Assembly (NCBI GenBank): GCA_963775425.1
Contig: CAVZJB010000005.1
Span: forward strand, 728,605 to 792,604
Source of the DNA: an uncultured delta proteobacterium
GTDB taxonomy: Bacteria; Myxococcota; UBA727; VGSZ01
Reading direction: 5' to 3'
DNA: 64,000 nt
Shown here: positions 29,209-40,495 of the stretch, in pieces
How positions within the stretch are numbered: the stretch's first letter is position 1
How the letters are laid out: each line of letters opens with the position of its first letter
Made by a program: the position numbers and the translations under genes
Notes under the pieces: generated by a model
Told to the model about the DNA's origin: nothing
Database searches by the model: none
Seen by the model: the letters and a program-made list of their open reading frames with translations, nothing else

Positions 29209-29868
29209 GTGACTCTCGAGGAAGACCGGGCGCTGTTGGACAACTATCGCCGCGGCGACCGCGCAGCGATGGCCGCGGTGTTTCGCATGTACGTCGACGA
29301 CGTCGCGCGCACGATCCGCGCCGGTGTCGTCGTCAACGTCGAAGGACGACGCACCCGGCTCGGCGTGCGCATGCCCGAGCACGACGTGGAGGTGCTCATC
29401 CAGGAGACCTTCACGCGCGCCTTCGCCCCCAGGGCGCGGGAGAGCTACGACGGGCTGCGCCCCTTCGGCGCCTACCTGGCCACCATCGCGCGGAACCTGA
29501 TCGTCGATCGCGGACGCAAAGAGGTGCGTGCGCAAAAGAGCTTCGTGGCCGTGGCCGACATCGCCGACCTCGCGGACCCGGATGAGGAAGATCCCACCTG
29601 GCGCCTGGAGGAGCAGAGCCTCGCGCGCATCGTGTCGGAGATGAAGGACTCCCTCGAAGAGCCGGACAAGTCGATCTTCATCTGTCGCGTGGAGCGGCGG
29701 ATGTCCTTCAAGGAGGCGGCGGCGGCGGTGTCCCTGTCCGAGATCGTCGTCCGCCGGCGCGACACGCGCATGCGCTCGGAGCTCCTCGCTCGCCTGCGCA
29801 GCCATGGTTTTCTCGAGAACGCCAGAGTCCGGATCGGGACCAGCCTCCTGCCGCGTAGGAGCCGGTGA
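29209..29868 (+). CDS. ECF RNA polymerase sigma factor
   Basis: RRGDRAAM, LIQETFTRAF, YDG.RPFGAYLATIARNL region 2; MSFKEAAAAVSLS region 4 HTH. Confidence 0.9.
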   Translation: MTLEEDRALLDNYRRGDRAAMAAVFRMYVDDVARTIRAGVVVNVEGRRTRLGVRMPEHDVEVLIQETFTRAFAPRARESYDGLRPFGAYLATIARNLIVDRGRKEVRAQKSFVAVADIADLADPDEEDPTWRLEEQSLARIVSEMKDSLEEPDKSIFICRVERRMSFKEAAAAVSLSEIVVRRRDTRMRSELLARLRSHGFLENARVRIGTSLLPRRSR

Positions 29869-30695
29869 TGCGCCTGATGTCCCTCCTTTTGCCCCGCTAC
29901 GCCGCCGGAACGCTCTCGCCGTTCCTGGCGCGCCGGGTGCGCGCGGCGCTGGCGGCGGATCCGGCGCTCGCCGCCGCGTACGACGCGCTGCGTCGCGCCG
30001 AGCGTGCGGCCTCGGGGCAGCCGCTGTCGTCGGGGCAACGAGAGACCCTCGAGGCGCTCCTGTTCTCTGGGCCCCTCTCTGGGGAGTCCCCGGCGCCGGC
30101 CGTGGCGCGCGGGCGGGTCGGGTGGAGCGCCTGGGGCTCCGCGCTCGCCGCGGCCGCCGTCGTCGCCTTCGCCGTGGTGCGGGTGGACCCGCCGGCGCAC
30201 GGGCCCGGCAGCGTCGGCGCGCTCGAGGCCCGCGGCGCGCACATCGCCAAGGACCCCGTGGGCGTGAAGGTCTCGTGCCTGACCCGCGACAACGCCATCG
30301 TCGACACCGCCACCGCCGGCGCCCGCCGCGCGCTCGACGTCCTGCGCTGCCCGGCGTCGAGCCTCCTGGCCTTCTCCACCACCAACCTGAGCCATGAGAC
30401 GCGCCAGGTGTTCGTGGTCGGCGTCGCCCCCGACGGCAGCCGCCGCTGGTACGCCCCCTTCACCGGCGCGTCGGTGGCCGTCGGCCCCGGCGTCATCGAC
30501 AACGTGTTGCCGTCGCTCGCCGACACCTTGGGGATGCCGGGCGGCGACGTCACCCTGTTCGTCCTCGTGTCCGACACGGCGTTCTCCGCCGACCAGCTCG
30601 AGCGCCAGCTCAAAAAGAGCGCGCTCCCCCTGGGCCATCTCGACCGCCTGCCCGTCGACGTTCCGCTGCAGGCGCGCATCGAGCTGACGCCGTAG
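29868..30695 (+). CDS. Putative membrane anti-sigma factor
   Basis: Coupled to the sigma gene; N-terminal Y..GTLS..R ASD-like helix without HxxxCxxC, one TM, periplasmic beta domain (DUF4384-like). Confidence 0.68.
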   Translation: MRLMSLLLPRYAAGTLSPFLARRVRAALAADPALAAAYDALRRAERAASGQPLSSGQRETLEALLFSGPLSGESPAPAVARGRVGWSAWGSALAAAAVVAFAVVRVDPPAHGPGSVGALEARGAHIAKDPVGVKVSCLTRDNAIVDTATAGARRALDVLRCPASSLLAFSTTNLSHETRQVFVVGVAPDGSRRWYAPFTGASVAVGPGVIDNVLPSLADTLGMPGGDVTLFVLVSDTAFSADQLERQLKKSALPLGHLDRLPVDVPLQARIELTP

Positions 30696-30704
30696 GATCC
30701 CCAC

Positions 30705-32276
30705 GTGCTGCTGCTCGCGCTCCTGGTGGCCGCCGCCCCCGCGCCCCCCGGCGGCGGGGGGCCCGCGGCGCTCTCGGGCGAGGCCGACACGGCCCGCTAC
30801 GTCGTCGTCATGGGCTACAACGGCGGCGCCCCCGACCCGCGCGCCCCGCTGCGCTTCAGCGACGACGACGCCGCCCGCCTGTTCGAGCTCCTCTCGCCGT
30901 CGTCGGAGCGCGCGTTCCTGCTCGCCACCTTCGACGCCGAGAGCGCCAAGCTCTTCCCCGAGCTCACCGACGTCGCCCGCGAGCCCACCCGCGAGCAGCT
31001 CGCGCAGGTGCTCGGCGAGGTGCAGTGGCTCGTGCGCGCCAAGAAGAAGCAGGGGGTGCGCACGGAGCTCGTGTTCGCCTTCGCCGGCCACGGCGACGTC
31101 AACGACGCCGGCGAGGGCTACGTGGTCCTCGCCGACGGCCCGTTTACGCGCACGGACCTCGAGACGCAGGTCATCGACCCGTCGCCCGCCGACGTGAACC
31201 ACGTCATCATCGACGCGTGCTCGTCGTACTTCATGGTGTCCCGCGGCGGCGACGCCAAGAGCGGCGTGGTCGCGCTCACGCCCAAGGTCCTCAACGTCCT
31301 CAAGGGGACCACCGCGTCATCGGCGGCGGCGCGGGCGCGGACCGGCGTGTTGGTGTCGACGTCGGGCGCCGCCGAGGTGCACGAGTCCGGCGAGCTCGAA
31401 AGCGGCGTGTTCTCGTTCCTGCTGCGCTCTGCGCTCGCCGGGGCGGCCGACAACAACGGCGACGGCCGCGTCGAGTACGCCGAGGCCGCCGCCTTCATCT
31501 CCGCCGCCAGCGCCGGCCTCGACGACCCGCGCGCCAAGCTCTCCGTGCACGCGGAGGCGCCGCTGCAGCGCCCCCACGTCGCGCTCATGGACCTCGCGCG
31601 CTCCGGCGCCACCCGTTTTTTGAAGGTCGACGGCAAGCAGGCGGTGCACGTGCGCATCCTCGACGCCCACGGCGTCCCCTATGCCGAGCTCAACCGCGCG
31701 GCGGGCCACGGGCCCGTGGTGCTCGCCCTGCAGCGCGACCCGTTCTACGTCGTGCAAGAGGGACAAAAGGAGGCGCTCCTCGTTCCGCGCGCCGCCGGCG
31801 CCTACGCCCTGTCCTCGCTGTCGTTCGAGGACTCGCCCGCGCCGCGCGCGGCGTCGGAGCACCTGCGCGGCCTGTTCGCTACGCCCTACGGTGACGACGT
31901 CGTGACCGGCTTCCTCGGCGCCTCCGAGATGGCGCCGCCTTTGGACGGCACGGTGTTCGATCCGCCGTACGCCGAAAAGGGAACGCCGCCGCTGCGGCTG
32001 CCGCTGAGCACCGTGGCGCTGGTGACGCTCGGCGTCGCGGGCGCGGTCGGCCTCGCCGCCGGCGGCGCCGTCGTCGGCAACGAGCTGTCGTTCAGCAAGC
32101 TGCAGGCGGACTTCGCGCGCACCGGCACGCTCGACCCGCAGACCTCGCTCCAGGTGGAGAGCTGGCGCACCGGCGCCACCGCGCTCACGCTCGGCGCCGT
32201 CGCCCTCGGCCTCGCCGGCGGCGGGCTGTATCTTTGGTCGACGACGCTGCCGGAGGGGGAGGTCGAGCTTCGATGA
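30705..32276 (+). CDS. Exported caspase-like protease (peptidase C14 family) with C-terminal TMs
   Basis: LRFSDDDA, FAFAGHG (His), IIDACSS (Cys), E..ELESGVFS, EF-hand-like DNNGDGRVEYAE. Confidence 0.85.
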   Translation: MLLLALLVAAAPAPPGGGGPAALSGEADTARYVVVMGYNGGAPDPRAPLRFSDDDAARLFELLSPSSERAFLLATFDAESAKLFPELTDVAREPTREQLAQVLGEVQWLVRAKKKQGVRTELVFAFAGHGDVNDAGEGYVVLADGPFTRTDLETQVIDPSPADVNHVIIDACSSYFMVSRGGDAKSGVVALTPKVLNVLKGTTASSAAARARTGVLVSTSGAAEVHESGELESGVFSFLLRSALAGAADNNGDGRVEYAEAAAFISAASAGLDDPRAKLSVHAEAPLQRPHVALMDLARSGATRFLKVDGKQAVHVRILDAHGVPYAELNRAAGHGPVVLALQRDPFYVVQEGQKEALLVPRAAGAYALSSLSFEDSPAPRAASEHLRGLFATPYGDDVVTGFLGASEMAPPLDGTVFDPPYAEKGTPPLRLPLSTVALVTLGVAGAVGLAAGGAVVGNELSFSKLQADFARTGTLDPQTSLQVESWRTGATALTLGAVALGLAGGGLYLWSTTLPEGEVELR

Positions 32277-33052
32277 CGTACCTGGCTCGCCCCGACGTCG
32301 CCCTCCTCCGCGCGCTCGCCGGCGCGGGCGCGCTCGTCGTCGCCACCACCGCGTGCCCCTTGCTGCCGGGCGTCGGCGACCTCGAGAACAAGATCAACGC
32401 ACAGGTCGTCGTCACCGACGTGGGCGCGCACCGCACGGTGCACATCGCCGTCGCCGGGCAGAAGATCGACTCCAAGGAGACGTCGCGGCGCCAGGACGTC
32501 ACCGTCGACCTCATCATCGACGACCCGGGCGACTACGACGGCGTGGTGACCATCGCGCGCGCCGGCCGCGACGGCTTCGAGCGCTGCGGCGCCTTCTCGC
32601 TCCACGTCGACGACGACGGCGACACCGATCACGTCTTCGTCGCCGCCGGCGACATCCCCGCGTGCTCGCCGCCCGGCGAAGGGGAAGGCGAAGGCGAAGG
32701 AGAGGGCGAAGGAGAGGGCGATGAGGGCGAAGGCGAAGGCGAGGGCGAGGGCGATCCGCCCCAGGTGACCCTCGAGTCTCCCGACGACGGCACGCACTAC
32801 GGCGAGGCCGAGCCGTTCGAGGGGCTGTGCTCCGCGTCCGATCGCGAGGACGGCCAGTTGCCTCCGGGCAGCTTCTTTTGGACCATCGACGGCATCGACA
32901 ACGTGTTCGCCCACGGCGTCCACGTGGTCACGCTGCTGCTCGTGCGCGACGGGCCCCACGACATCCAGTGCTGCGTCACCGACAGCGACGGCAACACCGC
33001 GTGCGACGCCATCACCGTCTGCATCGGCGACGACGACTGCCCCGGGACCTGA
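32273..33052 (+). CDS. Lipoprotein with (GE)n tract and Ig-like domain
   Basis: TTAC lipobox, (GE)7-GDE-(GE)4, PQVTL.SP..ASDREDG..W..GPHDI.C.VTDSDG. Confidence 0.78.
   Translation: MTYLARPDVALLRALAGAGALVVATTACPLLPGVGDLENKINAQVVVTDVGAHRTVHIAVAGQKIDSKETSRRQDVTVDLIIDDPGDYDGVVTIARAGRDGFERCGAFSLHVDDDGDTDHVFVAAGDIPACSPPGEGEGEGEGEGEGEGDEGEGEGEGEGDPPQVTLESPDDGTHYGEAEPFEGLCSASDREDGQLPPGSFFWTIDGIDNVFAHGVHVVTLLLVRDGPHDIQCCVTDSDGNTACDAITVCIGDDDCPGT
32675..32755 (+). repeat. (Gly-Glu)n coding repeat, about 12 units
   Basis: GGCGAA/GGAGAG/GGCGAG hexamers. Confidence 0.9.
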
Positions 33053-33101
33053 GCGGCAAGAGCCGCTGACCTGCCGGCGCCGGCCGTGCTAAGCGGCGCG
33101 C

Positions 33102-34241
<1,140 letters not shown>

Positions 34242-34310
34242 CCGGCCCGCGTCCTCGACCGGCGGGCCCGCCCCTGTGGCGCGCGGCGGCGGCGCGGTAT
34301 GCCTCGGGGC

Positions 34311-35264
34311 ATGACAAGCGAAGCGTCGCTGATCGGGCGTATCCGCAAGGTGTTCGGCGGGCTGGTGGCGCCGGGGGCGTACGAGTTCGTCGACGACGCC
34401 GCCATGATCCCCCCCGTCGTCGGCCACCGCGCGCGCGTGATCACCACGGACATGGTGGTCGAGGGCGTCGACTTCGATCGCGCGCTCTACCCGCTCGCGT
34501 ACGCCGGCTTTCGCGCGCTCGCGCAGAACCTCTCCGACGTCGCGGCCATGGGCGCCGTGCCGGTGGGCTTCGTGTGGTCGCTCGCAGTGCCGCCGTCGTT
34601 CAGCGACGACGACGTCGAGGAATTCGCGCGCGGCGCCGCCATCCTCGCCAAGATCCGCAGGGTGCCGATCTACGGCGGCGACTTCTCGTCGACGCCCGGC
34701 CCCATGGTCTGCGCCGTCACCGCCTTCGGCGACGTCGAGGGCGTCCCCGTGCGCAGGAGCGGCGCGCGCCCCGGCGACGAGGTGTGGCTGAGCGGCCCCG
34801 TCGGCGCCAGCGCGGCGGGCCTGCGCCTCCTCGGCGGGCGCGCGCTCGAGCAGGGCGGCGGCCCCGTCGACACGGACGCCTTCGAGTCCTGGCTGCGCGC
34901 GCTCCCCGACGACGCCGCCGCCTGCGTCCGCGCCCATGTCCGCCCCGTCCCCGGCGACGGCGCGCCGCTCGCGGGCGTCGCCACCGCGTGCATCGACGTC
35001 AGCGACGGCCTCGCCCTCGACGCCGCGCGCCTCGCGCAGGCCTCGGGCGTGCGCCTCGACCTCGACGAGGTGCCGGTGGCGCCCGGCGCCACCCACGATG
35101 AGGCGTGGCACGGCGGCGAGGACTTCAAGCTCCTCGTCACCGCGCCGCCGCGCCAGAGGATCGAAGACGCCGTCCGCGTCGGGGTCGTGGCCGCCGGCGC
35201 CGGCGTCACCGAGAAGGGCGCGCGCGTGGAGCCGCGCGGCTGGGATCACTTCTCGAGCAGGTAG
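34311..35264 (+). CDS. thiL: Thiamine-monophosphate kinase
   Basis: DDAA, TTDMVVEGVDF, NLSDVAAMG, GGD, RSGARPGD, DVSDGL, GGEDF, GWDHF. Confidence 0.93.
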   Translation: MTSEASLIGRIRKVFGGLVAPGAYEFVDDAAMIPPVVGHRARVITTDMVVEGVDFDRALYPLAYAGFRALAQNLSDVAAMGAVPVGFVWSLAVPPSFSDDDVEEFARGAAILAKIRRVPIYGGDFSSTPGPMVCAVTAFGDVEGVPVRRSGARPGDEVWLSGPVGASAAGLRLLGGRALEQGGGPVDTDAFESWLRALPDDAAACVRAHVRPVPGDGAPLAGVATACIDVSDGLALDAARLAQASGVRLDLDEVPVAPGATHDEAWHGGEDFKLLVTAPPRQRIEDAVRVGVVAAGAGVTEKGARVEPRGWDHFSSR

Positions 35265-35623
35265 GCCTCGGCCTCCGCGCGGTCGCGCGCCACCTTGATG
35301 TCGCGGCGGCCGGCGCCGCGCAGCACGGCCCCGATGAGCAGGCGCATGGTGGGGCTCACGCCGTAGACGGCGCTCCGCTTGATGAGGTGCGCCTGCGACT
35401 TCACGTGACGCGCGAGGGCCCAACGGGCGGAGAGGGAGCCGTCGCCGACGTCGGTGACGTCGGTGAGGTGCAACAGCGGCGCGAGCTGCTCCATGAGCGG
35501 CAGCGCGTCCGCGCGGTACGCCTCGACGGTGGCCGGCGTGAAGTCGCCGCGCAGCGTGACGAAGTAGATGCCGTCGTCGGTGTGCTCGACGACGTAGTTG
35601 TCCCGCTCGACCAAGACAGCCAT
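35246..35623 (-). CDS. STAS/SEC14 (SpoIIAA-like) domain protein
   Basis: 125-aa alpha/beta protein with LTDVT..SLSAR..SAVYG..R..AEAEAYL pattern. Confidence 0.6.
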   Translation of the reverse strand: MAVLVERDNYVVEHTDDGIYFVTLRGDFTPATVEAYRADALPLMEQLAPLLHLTDVTDVGDGSLSARWALARHVKSQAHLIKRSAVYGVSPTMRLLIGAVLRGAGRRDIKVARDRAEAEAYLLEK

Positions 35624-35736
35624 GGCGCGCCCCCCGGCACCGGCGCTTACCACGACCCGGCCCCGCGCGCCCCCGCGTCGACGCGCGCGGCGGGCGCCCC
35701 GGGGACGGGGCCGGGCAAACGTGGCATCTGCGCACG

Positions 35737-37347
35737 GTGTCGACCGAAGCTGAGCGCCGGCGCGCGCGCGCCCTCGAAAACGCCCTCATCGCCAACGTGG
35801 TCGTCCACGTCCTCGCGCTCGCGTCGATGGCGCTCCTCCTCCTGCCCGCGCTGCCGGGGGGAACCTCCGCCGCCGCCGGCGCGCGCGTGGCCTGTATCGG
35901 GGAGCACCCGTGGCTGTTCCGCCTCGGTTGGCTCCCCTGGCAGCTCTGCGCCGCCGCCGACCTCGCCCTCGCCGTCACCATGGTGCGCGCGCGCTTCCTG
36001 CCGCGGACATCAGCGGTGCTCGCCCTCGTCTTCACGGCGATCGCCGTGGTCCCCGACCAGACCGCGGAGGCCCTGTGGGTCACGCGCGGCGTCTCCCTCG
36101 CCGGCGCCGGTGACGTCGACGCGTACCTGTCGTTCGAGCGCGCGATCTTTCCGTGGAGCGCCGGCGTGGGCGCGCTCTTTTATACGCTCGGCGCGCTCGC
36201 CGAGACGGCGTGCTTCGTCCGCGCGCGCACCTGGTCGCGCGCGCTCACCGTCGTCAGCGTGCCGCTGTGGGCGGCGATGCTCCTGGCGTCGCTGTCGCCG
36301 CTCGCCGCGGCCGTCGTGCCCGCCGCGTGGAGGCCGTCGGCGGGCTTCGTCGCCGGAGCCAACGCGGTCGGCTTCGCGCTGCTCGTGCCCTGGCTCGTCC
36401 TCGTCAGCGAGCAGGTGCTGCGGCGCGCGCGCCCCGACACGCCGTCGGGCCGCCGCGCGCGCTGGCGCTACCCGCGGCCCCCGCAAGGAGCGCTGCGGGG
36501 CGCGCTCGCGGCCGGGTGCGACGCCGTCGCCAACAGCCGCTTCCTCGAGCGGGCGCTCGGACTGCTGCCCGTGCCCGAGATGCTGAGCGACATCACCGAC
36601 GTCATCTACGTCAACTACCTCGTCCCCGCCGCCGCCGCGGAGCCGTTCGTCCCCGAGGGCCTCGCGCTGCAGCGGCTCGGCCCCGGTAAAGACCACGCGC
36701 TCTTCACCTTCCTGAGCTACCGCCACGGCGGCTTCGGCCCCGGCCTCCTCGGGCCGCTGAGGCGGCTCCTGCCGTCGCCCGTCCAATCCAACTGGCGCGT
36801 CCACGTCGTGGACCCCGTGAGCGGGCGGCGCGGCGTCACGTTCCTCACCAACGCCGTGAGCATGCTGCCGCACGCGCTCGGGGCGAGGCTCTTGTCCGGC
36901 GGCATGCCCATGCACCTGTTCGATCGCGCCTCGATCACGCGCGCGGACGACGGCGCGACAATCCTCGTTCTCGACCCCGGCACCGGCAGCGCGCCCGACG
37001 CCCGCTGCGCGCTGCGCCCGTCGTCACAGCCGCCGGCGCTGTCGGGCGCGTGGCAGGCGTGCTTCGGGGACTTCCGCGGCTTCCTCGCCTATTGCGTGCC
37101 GCAGGATCGCGCGCTGTCGAGCGACCCGCTGCTGTCACGGGTGGTGCGCCAGGAGATCCACCTCGGCATCCCCCTCGACGCCTGCACGCCGCTCGAGGGC
37201 ACCGTGGTCTCCGCCGCCGCGCGCGCCATCGCCGGAGACGCGGCGCCGCTGTGCTTCCACGTCGCGGCCGTGTCGTTTCGCTTCGCCGGCGAGCACCACG
37301 ACCCGCTCGGCCCTCAGCCGGCGCCGGCGGCGGGCGTGAACCAGTAG
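35737..37347 (+). CDS. Membrane protein with C-terminal DUF2071-like domain
   Basis: N-terminal TMs, then DVIYVNYLVP..VPEGL..LFTFLSYRHG..QSNWR.HV. Confidence 0.68.
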   Translation: MSTEAERRRARALENALIANVVVHVLALASMALLLLPALPGGTSAAAGARVACIGEHPWLFRLGWLPWQLCAAADLALAVTMVRARFLPRTSAVLALVFTAIAVVPDQTAEALWVTRGVSLAGAGDVDAYLSFERAIFPWSAGVGALFYTLGALAETACFVRARTWSRALTVVSVPLWAAMLLASLSPLAAAVVPAAWRPSAGFVAGANAVGFALLVPWLVLVSEQVLRRARPDTPSGRRARWRYPRPPQGALRGALAAGCDAVANSRFLERALGLLPVPEMLSDITDVIYVNYLVPAAAAEPFVPEGLALQRLGPGKDHALFTFLSYRHGGFGPGLLGPLRRLLPSPVQSNWRVHVVDPVSGRRGVTFLTNAVSMLPHALGARLLSGGMPMHLFDRASITRADDGATILVLDPGTGSAPDARCALRPSSQPPALSGAWQACFGDFRGFLAYCVPQDRALSSDPLLSRVVRQEIHLGIPLDACTPLEGTVVSAAARAIAGDAAPLCFHVAAVSFRFAGEHHDPLGPQPAPAAGVNQ

Positions 37348-38099
37348 TCGTGCGTCACGAACAGCACACCGAAGAGGCGCTGCTCGTGGCGCCCGACGAG
37401 GACGGTGCCGGGGACGCGGGCGGCGTCGGGGGCGCCCGGGGCGCCGGGCGGAAAGAGCGCGAGGCGCTCGGAGAAGGGTGAGGGGATTGGGAGCCCGCCG
37501 ACGACGAGCCAGACGCCGGCGCCGTCGCCGCGCCCCGAGGAGCTGAGCACCACGCCGATGCCCGCGTCGTCGCCGGCGTCACCTTGCGGGTCGAGCCGCA
37601 AGAAGCCCGCGACGTGTCCGCCGGGCTGCGGGAACGCCGCGCTCATCAGGTGCACGCCGCCACGCACGCACACGGCGTACGCGACGGCCTGAAACGGCGC
37701 GCCGTCGTCGTAGGTGCGCACCACCGCCCGGGCGCCGGGGCGGCCGTCGCGGGCGGCGTCGAGGGCGGCGACGCGGGTGACGATGCGCCCGCGCGCCACC
37801 GGCAGGACGAATTGGCCGATGGCGCGCGCCGCGGGGCGCGCGACGCGCCACAGGAGGGAGAACGGGAAGCGCCAGTGGCTCTCGACGTCGAGGACGAGGC
37901 CCGCCGTGTCCTCGAAGAAGCGCGCCACGGCCGGGTGCACGCGCGCCGTGTCGATGCCCGGGTGCGAGAGGTCGGCGAGCGCGTCGACGACGCCGCGCGG
38001 GTCGGCGCCGGACGGCGCGCGGGCGACGGCGCCGCGACGCTCGAAGAAGTCCGCGCCGATGCGCGGCCCTCCAATCCAGCGGCTGAAGCGGCGCGGCAC
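37314..38099 (-). CDS. Hypothetical protein resembling the soluble C-terminal part of YndJ
   Basis: [27 protein letters not shown]; GTG38099 has TACCCT 6 nt upstream. Confidence 0.55.
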   Translation of the reverse strand: MPRRFSRWIGGPRIGADFFERRGAVARAPSGADPRGVVDALADLSHPGIDTARVHPAVARFFEDTAGLVLDVESHWRFPFSLLWRVARPAARAIGQFVLPVARGRIVTRVAALDAARDGRPGARAVVRTYDDGAPFQAVAYAVCVRGGVHLMSAAFPQPGGHVAGFLRLDPQGDAGDDAGIGVVLSSSGRGDGAGVWLVVGGLPIPSPFSERLALFPPGAPGAPDAARVPGTVLVGRHEQRLFGVLFVTHDYWFTPAAGAG

Positions 38100-38176
38100 C
38101 CAGCGAGGGTACGCCGCCGCCGACGCCGCCGGCGCGGATTTGCCTCGCCGGGCACCGGCCACATACGCTCCGGCGC

Positions 38177-39520
38177 ATGCAGCGTGGGCGGCTCGCACTC
38201 AAGATCCTCCTCGGCAACGCCATCACGGTGGTCGCCGCCGTGGGGCTCTACGTCGTCGTCCAGTGGGGCCTGCAGACGGCGCCGCTCGAGTTCCAGTCGG
38301 TGGCCATCTTCGCCGGCCTCCTCGCCGTCGTCGCCCTCGCCCTGTCGTTTTGGTACTCGCGCGTCATCACCAAGAACATCGAGACGCTCTACGAGTCGGC
38401 GTCGTCGATCTCGCGCGGCGACCTCTCGCGCCTCGTGCAGTTCGAGGTCCCCTCGCGCATGCCCGACGAGGTCGACTCCCTCGCCGGCGCCATCAACCAG
38501 ATGCTCGAGAACCTGCGCGAGCTGGTGTCCCGCCTGCAAAAGACCGCCCGCCACGTCGCCTCCAGCGCCAACACGCTGTCGGCCGCCGCCGAGCGGGTGA
38601 CCACCGCCAACAACGGCGTCGCCACGTCGGTGAGCTCCATCGCGCGCTCCGCCGAGCTTCAGCGCGAATTGGTGCTCAAGGCCTCGCAGCTCATGAAGGA
38701 GATCGCCGACGGCATCGAGAAGTCGGCGGCCGCCGCCGAGGCCGCCGCCCGCGCCGTGGCCGAGACGCACACGGCGGCGCGCACGGGCACCGAGGTCGCC
38801 AACCTCGCCGTCGAGAAGCTCCACCAGGTGTTCGAGAAGGTGGAGCAGGCGAGCGAGCGCGTGTTCGCGTTCGGCGAGAAGAGCCAGGCCATCGGCAAGA
38901 TCGTCGACGTCATCACGCAGATCTCGCAGCGCACCAACCTGCTCGCGCTGAACGCCACCATCGAGGCCGCGCGCGCCGGCGAGTACGGCCGCGGCTTCGC
39001 CGTCGTCGCCGACGAGGTGCGCAAGCTCGCCGAGTCGTCGGGGCGATCCGCCGATCAGATCACGGTGCTCTTGAGCGATTTGCGCAAGGACGCCGATCTC
39101 GCCGTGCAGGGCATGAGCGACTCCACCAGCGATCTGCAAGCCAGCCGTGAGGACCTCCGCTCCATCATCCAGTCGCTCGACGGCATCGTGGCGTCCGCGC
39201 TCCGCGGCGCCGAGAAGGCCGAGCAGATCGCGCGCTCGTCGTCGGGGCAGTTGCAGGGCTCGCAGGAGATGGTCACCGCCATCGGCCACATCTCGGACCT
39301 CGCCAAGCAGAACGCGTCGTCGACGGAAGAGGTGCAAAAGGCCACCGCGAACCAGACGGTGGTGATGGAGAGGCTGTCGTCGTCGGCGCTGGAGCTGTCG
39401 AACATCTCGCTGGAGCTCGAAGAGGTCGTGTCCCGCTTCAAGCTCGAGCGCGAGCGGCGGCCCGAGGCGTCCGCGGGCCTGGATCGGGTCGCGGAGCGCC
39501 CCCGCATCGCGGGGGAGTGA
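38177..39520 (+). CDS. difA: Methyl-accepting chemotaxis protein without periplasmic domain (DifA-like)
   Basis: Two adjacent TMs, [39 protein letters not shown]. Confidence 0.85.
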   Translation: MQRGRLALKILLGNAITVVAAVGLYVVVQWGLQTAPLEFQSVAIFAGLLAVVALALSFWYSRVITKNIETLYESASSISRGDLSRLVQFEVPSRMPDEVDSLAGAINQMLENLRELVSRLQKTARHVASSANTLSAAAERVTTANNGVATSVSSIARSAELQRELVLKASQLMKEIADGIEKSAAAAEAAARAVAETHTAARTGTEVANLAVEKLHQVFEKVEQASERVFAFGEKSQAIGKIVDVITQISQRTNLLALNATIEAARAGEYGRGFAVVADEVRKLAESSGRSADQITVLLSDLRKDADLAVQGMSDSTSDLQASREDLRSIIQSLDGIVASALRGAEKAEQIARSSSGQLQGSQEMVTAIGHISDLAKQNASSTEEVQKATANQTVVMERLSSSALELSNISLELEEVVSRFKLERERRPEASAGLDRVAERPRIAGE

Positions 39521-39524
39521 GCGC

Positions 39525-39995
39525 GTGCCCGAGGATGGGCGGTCCTTGTGTGTCCTGTGCCGCCTGGGCGTCGAGCGCCTCGCGGTGCGCGTGTCCGACG
39601 TGCACAAGGTCGTGGGCAACGCCCAACTGTGCCGGCTGCCGCGCCTGCCCCCCGAGGTCGCCGGCATCACCCAACACCGCGGCCGCATCGTCACCGTCTT
39701 CGACGCGGCCGCGCTCCTGTTCGGCGCGCCCGGGCCGCTCGCGGCCGCGGCCGAGGCGCGCGTGCTCGTCCTCGAGCGCATGCAGCGCCATCTCGCCCTG
39801 GGCGTCGACGCCGTCGACGAGATCGAGCCCGTTCGTTTGGGCGCCGATCTGCCCGCGGGGCCCTCGGTCGCCCTGCGGGTGGCGCAGCACCGCGGCCAGG
39901 CGGTCTTCGCGGTCGACGCCGACCGCCTCCTCGAGCTGATGCTCCAGGCCGCGGAGCCCGACTCGAGCCCGGCCGCTCCCTCCGGTCGCCGTTGA
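39525..39995 (+). CDS. difC: CheW-like coupling protein (DifC-like)
   Basis: RLPRLPPEVAGITQHRGRIVTVFD, LALGVDAV. Confidence 0.78.
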   Translation: MPEDGRSLCVLCRLGVERLAVRVSDVHKVVGNAQLCRLPRLPPEVAGITQHRGRIVTVFDAAALLFGAPGPLAAAAEARVLVLERMQRHLALGVDAVDEIEPVRLGADLPAGPSVALRVAQHRGQAVFAVDADRLLELMLQAAEPDSSPAAPSGRR

Positions 39996-40077
39996 AGGCC
40001 CCCGGAATGGGGCGGTGGGGTCGGAAAGTTTCGTTGCAGGGGTGGTTCGGTGTAGAACACCGGAGCGAGAGGTAAGA

Positions 40078-40452
40078 ATGGCCAAGCGGGTGCTCATCGT
40101 CGACGACGCCGTGTTCATGCGCGACATGATCAAGGACATCTTCAGCGGCGGCGACTTCGAGATCGTCGGCGAGGCCGTCCACGGTGTGGAAGCGGTGGAC
40201 AAGTACAAGGAGCTCCGCCCGGACCTCGTCACCATGGACATCGTGATGCCCTTCAAGAGCGGCATCGAGGCCACCAAGGAGATCCTCGCCTTCGACGACA
40301 AGGCCACCATCATCATGTGCTCGGCCCTCGGCCAGGAGTCGCTGGTCATGGAGGCCATCGAGGCCGGCGCCGCCGACTTCATCGTCAAGCCGTTCAAGGC
40401 CGACGACGTCCTCGCGGTCGTCAACAAGGTCCTCGCCGCCCGCCAGAGGTAG
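40078..40452 (+). CDS. difD: CheY-like response regulator (DifD-like)
   Basis: VLIVDDAVFMR, PDLVTMDIVMP, CSALGQE, DFIVKPF. Confidence 0.88.
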   Translation: MAKRVLIVDDAVFMRDMIKDIFSGGDFEIVGEAVHGVEAVDKYKELRPDLVTMDIVMPFKSGIEATKEILAFDDKATIIMCSALGQESLVMEAIEAGAADFIVKPFKADDVLAVVNKVLAARQR

Positions 40453-40467
40453 GCCGCCAGAGGTAGG
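40440..40467 (+). repeat. 14-bp perfect tandem duplication spanning the difD stop codon
   Basis: CCGCCAGAGGTAGG twice. Confidence 0.9.
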
Positions 40468-40495
40468 GACGGCGCCGCTGCGATAGCGTCCGCAC

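Noticed and set aside
30705-32276. Caspase-based anti-phage or cell-death system
   Set aside because: No gasdermin, NLR, TIR or CRISPR partner nearby; the export signal and ECF context favour envelope signalling.
22360-33052. Genomic island or mobile element
   Set aside because: Accessory-looking content, but no integrase, transposase, att repeats or obvious compositional shift. The tRNA at the window end is truncated, so its use as an integration site cannot be judged.
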